64,000 nt of DNA from Alphaproteobacteria bacterium (GCA_965204765.1 CBDBFG010000004.1:570951-634950); one strand, 5' to 3'. Numbered from the stretch's first letter, positions 30,107-40,033 are shown. Notes: a model not told the origin generated them from the letters alone. Numbers and translations: made by a program.

Positions 30107-31534
30107 ATGAGAATATCAAAACAATCGTTGGGAAGAGTTCATTTCGTTGGGATAGGCGGAATAGGAATGAGTGGAATAGCGGAAATTTTACACAAGCAAG
30201 GCTATAGTATACAAGGCAGTGATACAGCTAATAATGCTAATGTAAAACGGTTAAAAAAACTGGGGATATTAGTTTGTAATTCTCATGATGCTAGCAATAT
30301 AGATAATGTATCTTTATTGGTAATTTCTTCTGCTATCAGCGCAGATAATGTTGAGTTGCAAGAGGCAAGGAAACGTAAAATTCCAGTCATAAAGAGAGCA
30401 GAAATGTTGGCTGAAATCATGCGGTTAAAACCTTCTATAGCAGTGGCGGGGACACATGGTAAAACCACTACAACCTCTATAGGAGCAGCTATATTAGATG
30501 CTGGAGGTATGGGTCCAACAGTAATTAGTGGTGGTATTATTAACGCTTATGGTACCAATGCCAAGCTTGGTTATGGACAGTGGGTTTTAGTAGAGGCTGA
30601 TGAGTCAGATGGAAGTTTTGCCAAACTACCAGCCACTATTGCGGTAGTCACTAATATAGATTCTGAACATATAGAACATTATGGTTCATATGACAATTTA
30701 CAAAATGCTTTTAAGATGTATTTGCAGAATATACCTTTTTATGGTTTGGCAATTATGTGCGCCGATAATGAGGTTACTTTGCAGATAGCACAAGGTATTA
30801 CAGATAGACGTGTTATAACTTATGGTATTTCTGATAAGGCTGATCTCCAGATAGTTGATCATCGTAATATCAACGGCGGTGTTAGTTTTAATTTAAGGTT
30901 GAGTAAATATGCACTGTCGGTATTGAATTTAGAGCATACCAGCAAGGTTTTAAATGATTGTTACCTACCTATGGTTGGTATACACAATGTTTTAAATGCT
31001 ACTTCTATGATTGCTTGTGCATTGGAATTAGGTGTTGGATTTGATCTAATAAAAAATGGTCTTGCAAGATTTTCAGGTGTAAAAAGGCGATTCACGAGTA
31101 TTGGGCAAGTAGCCGGAGTGCAATTTATAGATGATTATGCTCATCACCCTAAGGAAATAATGGCTACCTTGCAAGCAGCTCGCCAGGTATGTAACGGCAA
31201 AGTTATGGTAATTATGCAACCACATAGATTTTCCAGATTATCGCAATTGTTTGATGAATTTGTTAACTGTTTTGAAGATGCAGATAGTGTGATAGTGGCT
31301 CCTGTGTATGCTGCTGGGGAAAAGAATGATAACAATGTAACTCATGATACTCTTGCTTATTCTGTAGGTCAGATAAGCGACAAACAAGCAATTGCTGTAG
31401 ATAATAAAGATGAATTGTTAAATATGTTGCAAAAGATGATACAAGATGGTGATTTATCTAAGAATGATATGTGTATTTTTATGGGGGCGGGTGACATTGG
31501 GCAATGGTGTAGAGAGATATATGATTCACTTTAA
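30107..31534 (+). CDS. murC: UDP-N-acetylmuramate--L-alanine ligase
   Basis: VHFVGIGGIGMSGIAEIL, AGTHGKTTTT and DDYAHHP are MurC motifs. Confidence 0.93.
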   Translation: MRISKQSLGRVHFVGIGGIGMSGIAEILHKQGYSIQGSDTANNANVKRLKKLGILVCNSHDASNIDNVSLLVISSAISADNVELQEARKRKIPVIKRAEMLAEIMRLKPSIAVAGTHGKTTTTSIGAAILDAGGMGPTVISGGIINAYGTNAKLGYGQWVLVEADESDGSFAKLPATIAVVTNIDSEHIEHYGSYDNLQNAFKMYLQNIPFYGLAIMCADNEVTLQIAQGITDRRVITYGISDKADLQIVDHRNINGGVSFNLRLSKYALSVLNLEHTSKVLNDCYLPMVGIHNVLNATSMIACALELGVGFDLIKNGLARFSGVKRRFTSIGQVAGVQFIDDYAHHPKEIMATLQAARQVCNGKVMVIMQPHRFSRLSQLFDEFVNCFEDADSVIVAPVYAAGEKNDNNVTHDTLAYSVGQISDKQAIAVDNKDELLNMLQKMIQDGDLSKNDMCIFMGAGDIGQWCREIYDSL

Positions 31535-31809
31535 ATATAGGTAATTTTTCATATTAATTCTAGGTTGCGAATCGATAGGACAAGGAGCTGGATTTGTTAT
31601 GTAATATTTGCTACATTCGATGTGTTTAATAATTATCTAGTTTTAGACTCGGTATGTTAAATATAAGTGTAAAGAACAAATTATAGTCTATGTCCTGAGA
31701 TACATTAAGTTGGCATATTAAGGCTATATTTGGTGCTTGAGCATGAGTGGCAAAAAAAATAATAACTACACAAATGCACTGTAAAATATAATTTATAAGG
31801 GAGTGCGAT

Positions 31810-32739
31810 ATGTTGCCCAGTAATACATTTAGGATGTTACCTCAGGTTGAAGGACATTATAGGAGTAATGTCGATTTAGCCCCAATTACCTGGTTTCGAT
31901 CAGGAGGTAAGGCAGAATTTTTTTTCAAACCATTGGACACGGAAGATTTAAAAACTTTTTTACGTAATAAATCAGTTGAAATGCCACATTTTGTCTTAGG
32001 TGTGGGTTCGAATATTATAGTGCGCGATGGTGGCATACCAGGAGTTGTAGTTAGGTTAAACAAAGGCTTTAACAATATTGCATTACATGGTGGTTATTTG
32101 GATGTTGGGGCTGGAGTGCTTGATAGTACAGTAGCCAAGATAGCGGCAATGGAAGGGTTGCGTGAATTGGCTTTTTTAAGCGGCATTCCTGGTACTATTG
32201 GTGGGGCATTACGGATGAATGCTGGGTGTTATGGTAGTGAAATAAAAGATATACTAGAAGCGGCATTTGCACTAGATAGTCATGGTAAACTACATACTTT
32301 AACCATCGATGATATGGGCTTAGGTTATCGTAGGTGTAGTATTCCGAGCGATTGGATTTTTGTCGGAGCACGTTTTAGGGCAAAAAGTTCTAATAAGCAA
32401 GCTGTACAAAGCTATATCAAAGAGATTATGAATAACAGAGAATCTTCCCAGCCCATAAGATCTAAAACTGGTGGTAGTACCTTTGCCAACCCTGTTGGAC
32501 AAAAAGCTTGGGAACTGATAGATCAATCTGGTTGTCGAGGTCTACGAGTGGGTGGAGCAATGGTTTCAGAGAAACATTGTAATTTCTTGATTAACCATGA
32601 CAATGCTACATCCTCTGATTTAGAGAGTTTGGGTGAAATAGTGCGCAAAAAGGTATTGGAATCGACTGGAGTAGAGCTGTGCTGGGAAATTCACAGGATT
32701 GGCAAGCTAAATCTGCAACAAATGAAACAGGCAGGATGA
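31810..32739 (+). CDS. murB: UDP-N-acetylenolpyruvoylglucosamine reductase
   Basis: FAD-binding domain motifs are present (GVGSNIIVRDGG, IPGTIGGALRMNAGCYG), followed by GSTFANP. Confidence 0.92.
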   Translation: MLPSNTFRMLPQVEGHYRSNVDLAPITWFRSGGKAEFFFKPLDTEDLKTFLRNKSVEMPHFVLGVGSNIIVRDGGIPGVVVRLNKGFNNIALHGGYLDVGAGVLDSTVAKIAAMEGLRELAFLSGIPGTIGGALRMNAGCYGSEIKDILEAAFALDSHGKLHTLTIDDMGLGYRRCSIPSDWIFVGARFRAKSSNKQAVQSYIKEIMNNRESSQPIRSKTGGSTFANPVGQKAWELIDQSGCRGLRVGGAMVSEKHCNFLINHDNATSSDLESLGEIVRKKVLESTGVELCWEIHRIGKLNLQQMKQAG

Positions 32740-33701
32740 ATATACTAAAGCACTATCAAATAAATCCTAAGAAAATTGCGTTATTAAAAGGTGGATGGTC
32801 CGCAGAAAGAGACGTATCATTAAGCAGTGCAACCGGTATGTATCGTGCTTTTATAGAACTTGGTTTCAAGGTAAAAGAGATAGATGTCAAAGGTGCAATC
32901 GAAGAAATAATACAGCAATTACGCTCTTTTGCTCCTGATGTGGTATGTATGAATGCATTGCATGGTAGATACGTTGAGGATGGTCTGCTACAGGGTGTAA
33001 TAGAATTTTTAGGTTATCCTTATACTGGTTCTGATGTGTTGTCTTCTGCCATTGCGATGAATAAGGTTATAACAAAAGATATTTTAGTTGCGCATAATAT
33101 TCCTGTAGCAAAAGGTGTAAAGGTTTTGTGTAAGGATTTGTTTGATAACAAGATAAATTTTCCTTATCCCTTTGTTTTGAAACCGATCAATGAGGGATCC
33201 AGCCTTGGGGTGCATATACTGAATGATATAGACGATCTTCCCAAAGTAAGAGAGAAATGGTCTTTTGGTGATTATGGTTTAATTGAAGAGTATATATATG
33301 GTCGTGAGTTATCGGTAGCATTATTAAATGATCAATCCTTAGGGATGCTAGAGTTAATACCCAAGAAATGTTTTTATGATTATGAAGCTAAATATACCGA
33401 TGGGGTTACAGATCATGTTGTGCCACAGGACATTGATAGTAAAGATTATGATGCTATATTACAGTATTGTGAAAAGGCGGTGAATTTACTAGGAATAAAA
33501 GGGGTGTCCAGGATTGATTTGCGTTATAATCCTACCCGTACAAAAAATAATAGAATATTTTTATTAGAAGCTAATACTTTACCGGGTATGACAGAACTAT
33601 CTATAGTGCCGGATATTGCAAAACAGGTGGGATTGTCTTATAAAGATTTATGTAATTGGATGGTGAGAAATCCTATATGTTTAAAGAACATTCACAAATA
33701 A
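32736..33701 (+). CDS. ddl: D-alanine--D-alanine ligase
   Basis: GGWSAERDVSLSS, the ATP-grasp core (FVLKPINEGSSLGV) and EANTLPGMT are present. I chose the ATG at 32736, which forms an ATGA overlap with the murB stop, over the upstream track start. Confidence 0.9.
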   Translation: MNILKHYQINPKKIALLKGGWSAERDVSLSSATGMYRAFIELGFKVKEIDVKGAIEEIIQQLRSFAPDVVCMNALHGRYVEDGLLQGVIEFLGYPYTGSDVLSSAIAMNKVITKDILVAHNIPVAKGVKVLCKDLFDNKINFPYPFVLKPINEGSSLGVHILNDIDDLPKVREKWSFGDYGLIEEYIYGRELSVALLNDQSLGMLELIPKKCFYDYEAKYTDGVTDHVVPQDIDSKDYDAILQYCEKAVNLLGIKGVSRIDLRYNPTRTKNNRIFLLEANTLPGMTELSIVPDIAKQVGLSYKDLCNWMVRNPICLKNIHK

Positions 33702-34534
33702 AGCCTACACGACGTAGGGATGCACAACAGGGTAATACTTTTTCTTACTTTAGGATCTTCCTGTTAGTAGTGGTTGTGGCGTTGTTTATCTCGTTATGTA
33801 TTACCATTTATTGGTTTATTACCAGTGGTCGGCTTACCAGAGCTTATAATAATATTCAAACTAGCATTGCCCGTTCATATAAAGATCTATTATTTCGTTC
33901 GGGATTTGTGGTAAAAAATGTTTTGATTGAAGGCAAAATTAGAACTAAAAATACAGATTTCTTAGACCGAATAAATATAACAAAAGGTATGTTTATCTTT
34001 GATGTAGACCTTGTCCAATCTTTGCGTGCTATCCAATCTATGCAATGGGTGCACAATGTTAGGATAGAAAGAAGATTACCAGATACTATCATGATAAAGA
34101 TAGTTGAAAAGCAGCCTATTGCATTTTGGCAGAATAAAAAGTTAACATATTTGATAGATAACTATGGTACAATAATCGGTAGATTTCCGTTAAACAAATT
34201 TCCTGGATATGTTGTGGCGACAGGAGAAGGGGCAATAAAAGAATTGCCCGCGTTAATTCAACTGATCGGGAAATATAATGAAATTTACGCTAAAACTACG
34301 GGGGCAATTTATATCAGCAAGCGCAGATGGGATATAATTTTAGATAATAATATTAGAGTAAAGCTTCCAGAAAGCGGTGTTGATGAAGCATTGAGGACAA
34401 TTTCTGAATTGCATAAAGAAAATAGACTGGTTTCGTCTAACGTGAAAGAAATAGACGTTAGATCAAAAGGAAGAACATATTTTTATCTATCAAAGATAGG
34501 ACTAAGAAATTTATATAAAGGCAGACATGCTTAA
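33677..34534 (+). CDS. ftsQ: Cell division protein FtsQ
   Basis: A short cytoplasmic N-terminus is followed by one transmembrane helix (FRIFLLVVVVALFISLCITIYWFI). A POTRA-like segment (V.NVLIEG, RIERRLPDTIMIKIVEKQP) comes next. The start is either the ATG at 33677 or the TTG at 33656. Confidence 0.85.
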   Translation: MFKEHSQIKPTRRRDAQQGNTFSYFRIFLLVVVVALFISLCITIYWFITSGRLTRAYNNIQTSIARSYKDLLFRSGFVVKNVLIEGKIRTKNTDFLDRINITKGMFIFDVDLVQSLRAIQSMQWVHNVRIERRLPDTIMIKIVEKQPIAFWQNKKLTYLIDNYGTIIGRFPLNKFPGYVVATGEGAIKELPALIQLIGKYNEIYAKTTGAIYISKRRWDIILDNNIRVKLPESGVDEALRTISELHKENRLVSSNVKEIDVRSKGRTYFYLSKIGLRNLYKGRHA

Positions 34535-34555
34535 TATTATTAAAGGAGATGATTG

Positions 34556-35821
34556 ATGGCATTTCAATCGCTAAGACGAGGATTTTCAAAGGTCAATGAC
34601 TCGATTGTAGCTGGATTAGATATAGGTGCAAGTAAAGTTTGTTGTGCTATAGCTCGTATCGAATCTTCTGGGGATTTGTCTATTATAGGATATGGTTTTC
34701 ACCCGTCAAAAGGAATTCGTGGGGGGATGATAATAGATATGGAATCTTTACAAGATTCTGTGGCGCATGCTGTACATTCTGCCGAGGAGATGTCTAGGGA
34801 AACAATAAATGATGTTTACGTTTCTGTTTCTCCTGCAATCTGTACATCAAAAATAGTTGGGATAGATTTATCTATATCTGGTCATCCAGTTGATGATAAT
34901 GATATAAAAAAGATAGTACAACAGTCATTATCATCGATTAATAAAAATCAGGCGGTAGTCATACACAGTATCCCATTGAATTATGAAATTGATGGTGTTT
35001 CTGGTATCAAAGATCCTCGTGGTATGTTTGGTGAGATATTAAAGTCAAAGATTAATTTAATGCTGTGTTCCCATACACCATTAAGAAATTTATCAGCCTG
35101 TGTGGAAAGATCTCATCTGGATGTAGCGGGGTTTGTTTCTTCTATTTATTCTTCTGGATTATCTACTTTGGTACATGATGAATTGGAACTAGGAGTAACT
35201 TTAATCGATATAGGTGCTAGTTCTTCGGGAGTTGGGCTATTTTTTAACGGTAATTTAGCGCATATAGATTACGTGCCTATTGGTGGTGCGCATATTACTT
35301 CTGATATAGCACGTTGTTTTTCTACGCCTATTATGCAAGCAGAAAAACTCAAGACATTATATGGTTCCTCTATTTTATCTCCTGCTGATGGCCGAGAAAG
35401 TGTCACAATACCGCAAATAGGTGATGATGATGCCAGTAAAGCAAAGCAGGTTAATAAGTCAGAAATAGTTGACGTTATCAAGTCACGTGTGGAAGAGATT
35501 TTTGAAAAGATAAAAGAAAAAATCATTGCTCATCCATCCCATCGTTATGTAGGTCATCGATTAGTATTAACAGGTGGATCTAGTATGTTAAACGGCATTA
35601 TAGATATTGCTGAAACAACATTAGATAAAAAAGCTAGGATTGCAAAACCGGCTAATATTAACGATTTAGTTGATAAAATTAAAGTTCCTTCTTTTGCCAA
35701 TTGTGCTGGATTATTAAAATATGCACAACAGCAGAAGGGTCCTTATGCAATGTTAGCAAGTCGTAGAAGTAGTTCTAGCATTAGTTTAAACAAATTAATT
35801 AACTGGCTAAAAAATGGGTAA
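34556..35821 (+). CDS. ftsA: Cell division protein FtsA
   Basis: Actin-like ATPase motifs are present (GLDIGASKVCCAI, LIDIGASSSGV, LTGGSS), and the gene follows ftsQ. Confidence 0.9.
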   Translation: MAFQSLRRGFSKVNDSIVAGLDIGASKVCCAIARIESSGDLSIIGYGFHPSKGIRGGMIIDMESLQDSVAHAVHSAEEMSRETINDVYVSVSPAICTSKIVGIDLSISGHPVDDNDIKKIVQQSLSSINKNQAVVIHSIPLNYEIDGVSGIKDPRGMFGEILKSKINLMLCSHTPLRNLSACVERSHLDVAGFVSSIYSSGLSTLVHDELELGVTLIDIGASSSGVGLFFNGNLAHIDYVPIGGAHITSDIARCFSTPIMQAEKLKTLYGSSILSPADGRESVTIPQIGDDDASKAKQVNKSEIVDVIKSRVEEIFEKIKEKIIAHPSHRYVGHRLVLTGGSSMLNGIIDIAETTLDKKARIAKPANINDLVDKIKVPSFANCAGLLKYAQQQKGPYAMLASRRSSSSISLNKLINWLKNG

Positions 35822-36374
35822 TTTACGACGGTTTAGATGGTGTATGGTTTTGTGGTTTTCACAACTAGGTCTTTATGCACATGATGCTGTTGTAACTAGT
35901 ATTAGTGTTGATTTAGGAAGATATTCCGGTATTTGGTATGAAATTGCCAAAGTCCCTAATAGTTTTCAAAGGAAATGCGTATCTGATACCAGCGCTAGTT
36001 ATACCGTTGCTAAAAACGGTAGTATTGGCATTGTAAATAGCTGCAAAATAAAAGAAGGAGGCTTTATCCAGGCGCAAGGCGTTGCATATTCACTTGGCAA
36101 AGCTAATAATAAATTATTAGTATCATTTATACCCGTCATTAAATACAGTAGATTGATTACTAGATTAATAGGTGGAGATTATTGGATATTTATTTTGGAT
36201 CAAAATTATCAATATGCAGTTGTGGGTAGTCCTAAAGAAAACTATTTATGGATTTTATCAAGAACAAAAAAAATAGATAATAAGCTATATGATAAGCTCA
36301 TTAATGATATAAAGAAAAAGGGTTTGCCTGCGCATTTATTGCAAAAAACACAGCAAAATATCAAGAGTGATTAA
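35814..36374 (+). CDS. blc: Bacterial lipocalin (Blc-like)
   Basis: YSGIWYEIAKVPNSFQRKC is the lipocalin SCR1-type motif. The later segments DYWIFILDQNYQYAVVGSP and YLWILSRT match bacterial Blc. Its ATG lies within the last codons of ftsA, giving an 8-nt overlap. Confidence 0.8.
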   Translation: MGNLRRFRWCMVLWFSQLGLYAHDAVVTSISVDLGRYSGIWYEIAKVPNSFQRKCVSDTSASYTVAKNGSIGIVNSCKIKEGGFIQAQGVAYSLGKANNKLLVSFIPVIKYSRLITRLIGGDYWIFILDQNYQYAVVGSPKENYLWILSRTKKIDNKLYDKLINDIKKKGLPAHLLQKTQQNIKSD

Positions 36375-36719
36375 AAATTAGGCGCTCCCGAGATAATCTA
36401 CTAGTTCATAGGATAATTAATAGCCAGGAATCATAGTTTTACAGTACTAATGGCACCATCAGTCAAGCTTAGAAAAATATTTAACAAATCAGTCGATGAT
36501 CTGCAGGATATTTTTGTGGTGAGTACAGTCAAATATCAATTGCAGCACAATTATTAAGCAAGAAAGCAAAGGATATAGGGTTCTATAGTGGTTTCAATTT
36601 GTTTTCTACTTCATTTAATCGTCACTTATGTATTATATATACATTTCGTTCCTCAAAATTCGTATTAATTCAAAGTTAAACCGCTATATGCTAAAAGATG
36701 ATGTCAGGTTTAGTTTTCG

Positions 36720-36747
36720 CCGAGATAATCATTAATGATTATCTCGG
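36720..36747. repeat. Perfect 28-bp palindrome CCGAGATAATCATTAATGATTATCTCGG; function unknown
   Basis: I read it directly and checked the reverse complement by hand. The 11-nt half-site CCGAGATAATC also occurs at 36388-36398, 14 nt after the blc stop. Confidence 0.9.
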
Positions 36748-36767
36748 GTACTTGTAAAGATAATATG

Positions 36768-36835
36768 TTCTAAATTAGGACTAGTCTGTCTGTGTAAGGT
36801 ATGTGTTTTATGTAAAAACATGACCTAATTTAGAA
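36768..36835. repeat. 12-bp inverted repeat (TTCTAAATTAGG / CCTAATTTAGAA) flanking a 44-nt spacer that contains a smaller hairpin
   Basis: The arms lie at 36768-36779 and 36824-36835 and are exact complements. The spacer contains TGTTTTA..TAAAACA. The element sits 20 nt downstream of the 28-bp palindrome. Confidence 0.8.
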
Positions 36836-37304
36836 TTAACAATCTCTACATTAATTTATTAACGTAAGTTAAGAGTTAATCTATCTGTCTTTAGTTAACT
36901 CTAATACGATTCTAAAATTATTTTTATGTAGATCAATACGCACTTTATCCTTACAGGTAAATCACTTATATACTAATAAATATATAAACTTTTCTTTATT
37001 CTTTGTGCTATGCTGTGTGTGCGTATCTGCAAATGAAATATACTATCGTTGACGATTATTTGTGATGAAATTTAGATTACAATTGGTGTATATATAAAAG
37101 ATTTGGTAATGCAGAATTTAGTATGCAAAGAATGCGTAGTACAAAGATATTGATGTAAAGCAAATTAAACTATGGCAAATAGCAATTAGCACATGTTAGT
37201 ACCAATAGCATGCGGAAAAAATCTTTGTGATTATGATAACTAATTAACGCATATGCTTAATTATATCAGATGTGTGGATACAATGTGTTGCATAAATTGA
37301 ATCT

Positions 37305-37919
37305 CTATAGGCTTTTTAATAGTTCTTTTACAGTTTTACCACTTTGTTGAGGTGTTTTTTTCGGTACGGTTTGTACAGATGAAAGTCTATTGCGTTCATT
37401 AACAACCTGTATATCAGGGCAAAAATCTTTATGTTTACATAGCTGTTTGTGAGAGAAGATAGCGGTATAATCAAGAACTTTCATTAGTTTTGACTGTACT
37501 AGCATAGATGGTATGTTGTCAGAATTGATAAAAAATAAAGATAACAAATATAAACCTGTGCTAATAACTACTGTTCTTATGATGCCTGAAACTAACCCAA
37601 GGGCTTTGTCCAGTCCTCCTAAGATACTATTTTTTACAAGATAAGATATGCCTTTATTAATTAATACTAAGATGATAATCGATAACAAGAATGATGTAGC
37701 AATTGCCACGATTTTTGCTATAGAGCTTTCTGTAATCCATTGACTAATAAATGGGGATGAATAGGGGAGTAACATATAAGTACAAATTACACCTCCAACC
37801 CACGTAAACATGCCCAGCATGTCACTTGTAAATCCCCTTATTATGCCTGCTACAATACAGCAGAACAAAAATACTACAATTAACAAGTCCACAAAATTAA
37901 TGTCAGTTAAGTATGTCAT
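37305..37919 (-). CDS. cvpA: CvpA-family membrane protein (colicin V production protein homolog)
   Basis: The N-terminal layout with four transmembrane helices (DLLIVVFLFCCIVAGIIRGF..) is typical of CvpA, and the cvpA-radA neighbourhood is common. Confidence 0.7.
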   Translation of the reverse strand: MTYLTDINFVDLLIVVFLFCCIVAGIIRGFTSDMLGMFTWVGGVICTYMLLPYSSPFISQWITESSIAKIVAIATSFLLSIIILVLINKGISYLVKNSILGGLDKALGLVSGIIRTVVISTGLYLLSLFFINSDNIPSMLVQSKLMKVLDYTAIFSHKQLCKHKDFCPDIQVVNERNRLSSVQTVPKKTPQQSGKTVKELLKSL

Positions 37920-37934
37920 TGATCCCTCTAATTC

Positions 37935-39293
37935 TTAATTGAATAGACATTTTAAATCGTTTATATGTTCAATAGATTCTATCTTTATACCGTTGGTTTG
38001 TAAACTTTTACTTATGTTACTATTATTTGGTACATATATAGTCGTAAATCCAATTTTGATAGCTTCTTTTACTCTTGATTCAAGGTAGCTAATACCTTTT
38101 ACTTCTCCTGACAAGCAAATTTCTCCACAAAATGCGTAGTGGCGATTGATAGGTTTAGAGGTGATGGATGACATTAACGAAGCTGCTACGGCAAGATCAG
38201 CAGCGGGATCTTGTATTTTCAAGCCTCCAACAATATTTAGATATATGTCCTTTGTACTTGTATTCAATCCACACCTGGTCTCTAGTACTGCGATAATCAT
38301 CGCTAACCTATTAGCGTCCCATCCTACTATAGATCTTTTAGGAGTCGCATAATTTGTGTTTGCGATAAGGGATTGTACTTCTGATAGGATTGGTCTTGTT
38401 CCCTCTATGCCAATAAAGACAGCAGAGCCATTAACTTCTGTATTAGTATGATTCAAAAATATTGCAGATGGATTCTTTACTTCAGTTAAACCATTTGTAT
38501 TCATCTCAAACACACCAATTTCATTGGTAGAACCGAATCTATTTTTCACGCTTCTGAGAATTCTAAATTGATCTTTTCTGTTGCCTTCAAAATATAACAC
38601 ACTATCAACCATGTGTTCTAGTACTCTTGGACCAGCTATGGCTCCGTCCTTAGTTACATGTCCGATAATGATAATAATTATATTGTTTTGTTTAGCATAA
38701 TTGATCAGTGCATGTGAGCAAGTTTTAATTTGGGTGATGCTACCATGAGAAGACTCAGCAGTAGAGGAATATATTGTTTGAATAGAGTCAATTATAACTA
38801 TTTGTGGTTTATGTTTGTCTAGAGAAACAATAATATCGTCCAGTGAATTTGAAGAGGCCAGATGTATATTACAATCGCTTATATTTAATCTTGATGCTCT
38901 GATTTTTATTTGGTCGATTGCTTCTTCACCAGAGATATAATGCACTAAATAGTGTTGTGATAGAATAGCTGAGATTTGCAGCAATAGGGTAGATTTACCT
39001 ATTCCTGGATCGCCACCTACCAAAACAGTGGATCCAGCAGGGACAAGACCGCTACCACATACTCTGTCAAATTCTTGGATATGTGTTTTATACCGTTGGT
39101 AATTTGTATTAATATTGGCCAGAGAGAAGAATTCAAGTTCTTTGCCAATTTTGTGGTTTGTATTGATAGCATGCGGTTGATCGACGTTTTCTATAAACGT
39201 GTTCCATTCACTGCATTCAGAACATTGTCCTGACCATTTATGCCGCGTGTATCCGCATTGTTGGCATGTATATATTTTTTTTAATTTGACCAC
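37935..39293 (-). CDS. radA: DNA repair protein RadA/Sms
   Basis: An N-terminal zinc finger (YTCQQCGYTRHKWSGQCSECSEWNTF) is followed by Walker A (GGDPGIGKSTLLLQ) and the KNRFG motif. The C-terminal domain is Lon-like. Confidence 0.95.
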   Translation of the reverse strand: MVKLKKIYTCQQCGYTRHKWSGQCSECSEWNTFIENVDQPHAINTNHKIGKELEFFSLANINTNYQRYKTHIQEFDRVCGSGLVPAGSTVLVGGDPGIGKSTLLLQISAILSQHYLVHYISGEEAIDQIKIRASRLNISDCNIHLASSNSLDDIIVSLDKHKPQIVIIDSIQTIYSSTAESSHGSITQIKTCSHALINYAKQNNIIIIIIGHVTKDGAIAGPRVLEHMVDSVLYFEGNRKDQFRILRSVKNRFGSTNEIGVFEMNTNGLTEVKNPSAIFLNHTNTEVNGSAVFIGIEGTRPILSEVQSLIANTNYATPKRSIVGWDANRLAMIIAVLETRCGLNTSTKDIYLNIVGGLKIQDPAADLAVAASLMSSITSKPINRHYAFCGEICLSGEVKGISYLESRVKEAIKIGFTTIYVPNNSNISKSLQTNGIKIESIEHINDLKCLFN

Positions 39294-39589
39294 TGGCTAA
39301 TACTAGTTTTACTTATAAAGTTTAGTTTACTATTCAGATGCAACTGTGCGAATATTGCCGTCATTTTTGCTAACTTTAATTTATGTTCCTGCAATATCCA
39401 ATAGTCCATAAATATAAAGTTAGTTTATTAGACTAACTAGGTTGCATTTGAAGTGTACAACAAATCAGACTATATTCAATATCTAGCTTTTGTTATATAT
39501 AAGTTACTACATTTGAGACTGACAAGAAATATCTAGATTATCGTTAGTATAATCTATGGGCATAAGTAGATTTACGCCAGAATGTGATC

Positions 39590-40015
39590 TATACGTATTA
39601 TATTTTCTAATCTGATGTGTGAGGTCGTATCTAATGGTTCCAATTGAATCAGGAAGAATATCTGTTCTGTAGTGAAATTATTCCGTAAATATTCTGTTTC
39701 CTTTTTCTATACTGCCATTGCATATAGATTTAGCCAGAGGCAATTTCTGCTTCCCTCCGCTTAGGCTGCCTCCGTCGTAAATGTAATACTGGACTACTTT
39801 CTAATTTTCCCTATCCTGTTGTCCAAATATGCTTAGGGCATTTGCTTGGATGAGTTATTCCTCTATGAATATTTGATAGTATTTCTTTGTGTTCATAATA
39901 TATAGATTTTGATATTCCAGATAATCTTTGGTGTCTTTTGTCATTTGCACCATATGATTTGGCTAATTCCTATTTCTCTACACCATGGATGTATTTTTGA
40001 TGATAGCTTTCATAT
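39590..40015 (-). pseudogene. Possible decayed transposase remnant with an IS630/Tc1-mariner-like helix-turn-helix N-terminus, broken by stops and frameshifts
   Basis: Minus-strand translation fragments include YESYHQKYIHGVEK*ELAKSYGANDKRHQRLSGISKSIYYEHKE, HLRRRQPKRREAEIA and FTTEQIFFLIQLE. These resemble the helix-turn-helix, linker and first DDE region of IS630-type transposases, but they are spread over several frames. The resemblance was judged by eye only. Confidence 0.25.
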
Positions 40016-40033
40016 GTATCTGAACCCAAACAA

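Noticed and set aside
31560-31640. A tRNA-like T-arm string (GGTTGCGAATCGA) in the murC-murB spacer.
   Set aside because: It has an extra base relative to the GGTTCGAATC consensus. No acceptor, D or anticodon stems can be drawn around it. I found no tRNA or rRNA anywhere in the window.
36375-37304. The spacer as a decayed ftsZ pseudogene.
   Set aside because: I found no glycine-rich tubulin-signature coding (GGGTGS/T-type) and no long partial frame on the plus strand. The region is dominated by AT-rich sequence with many stops.
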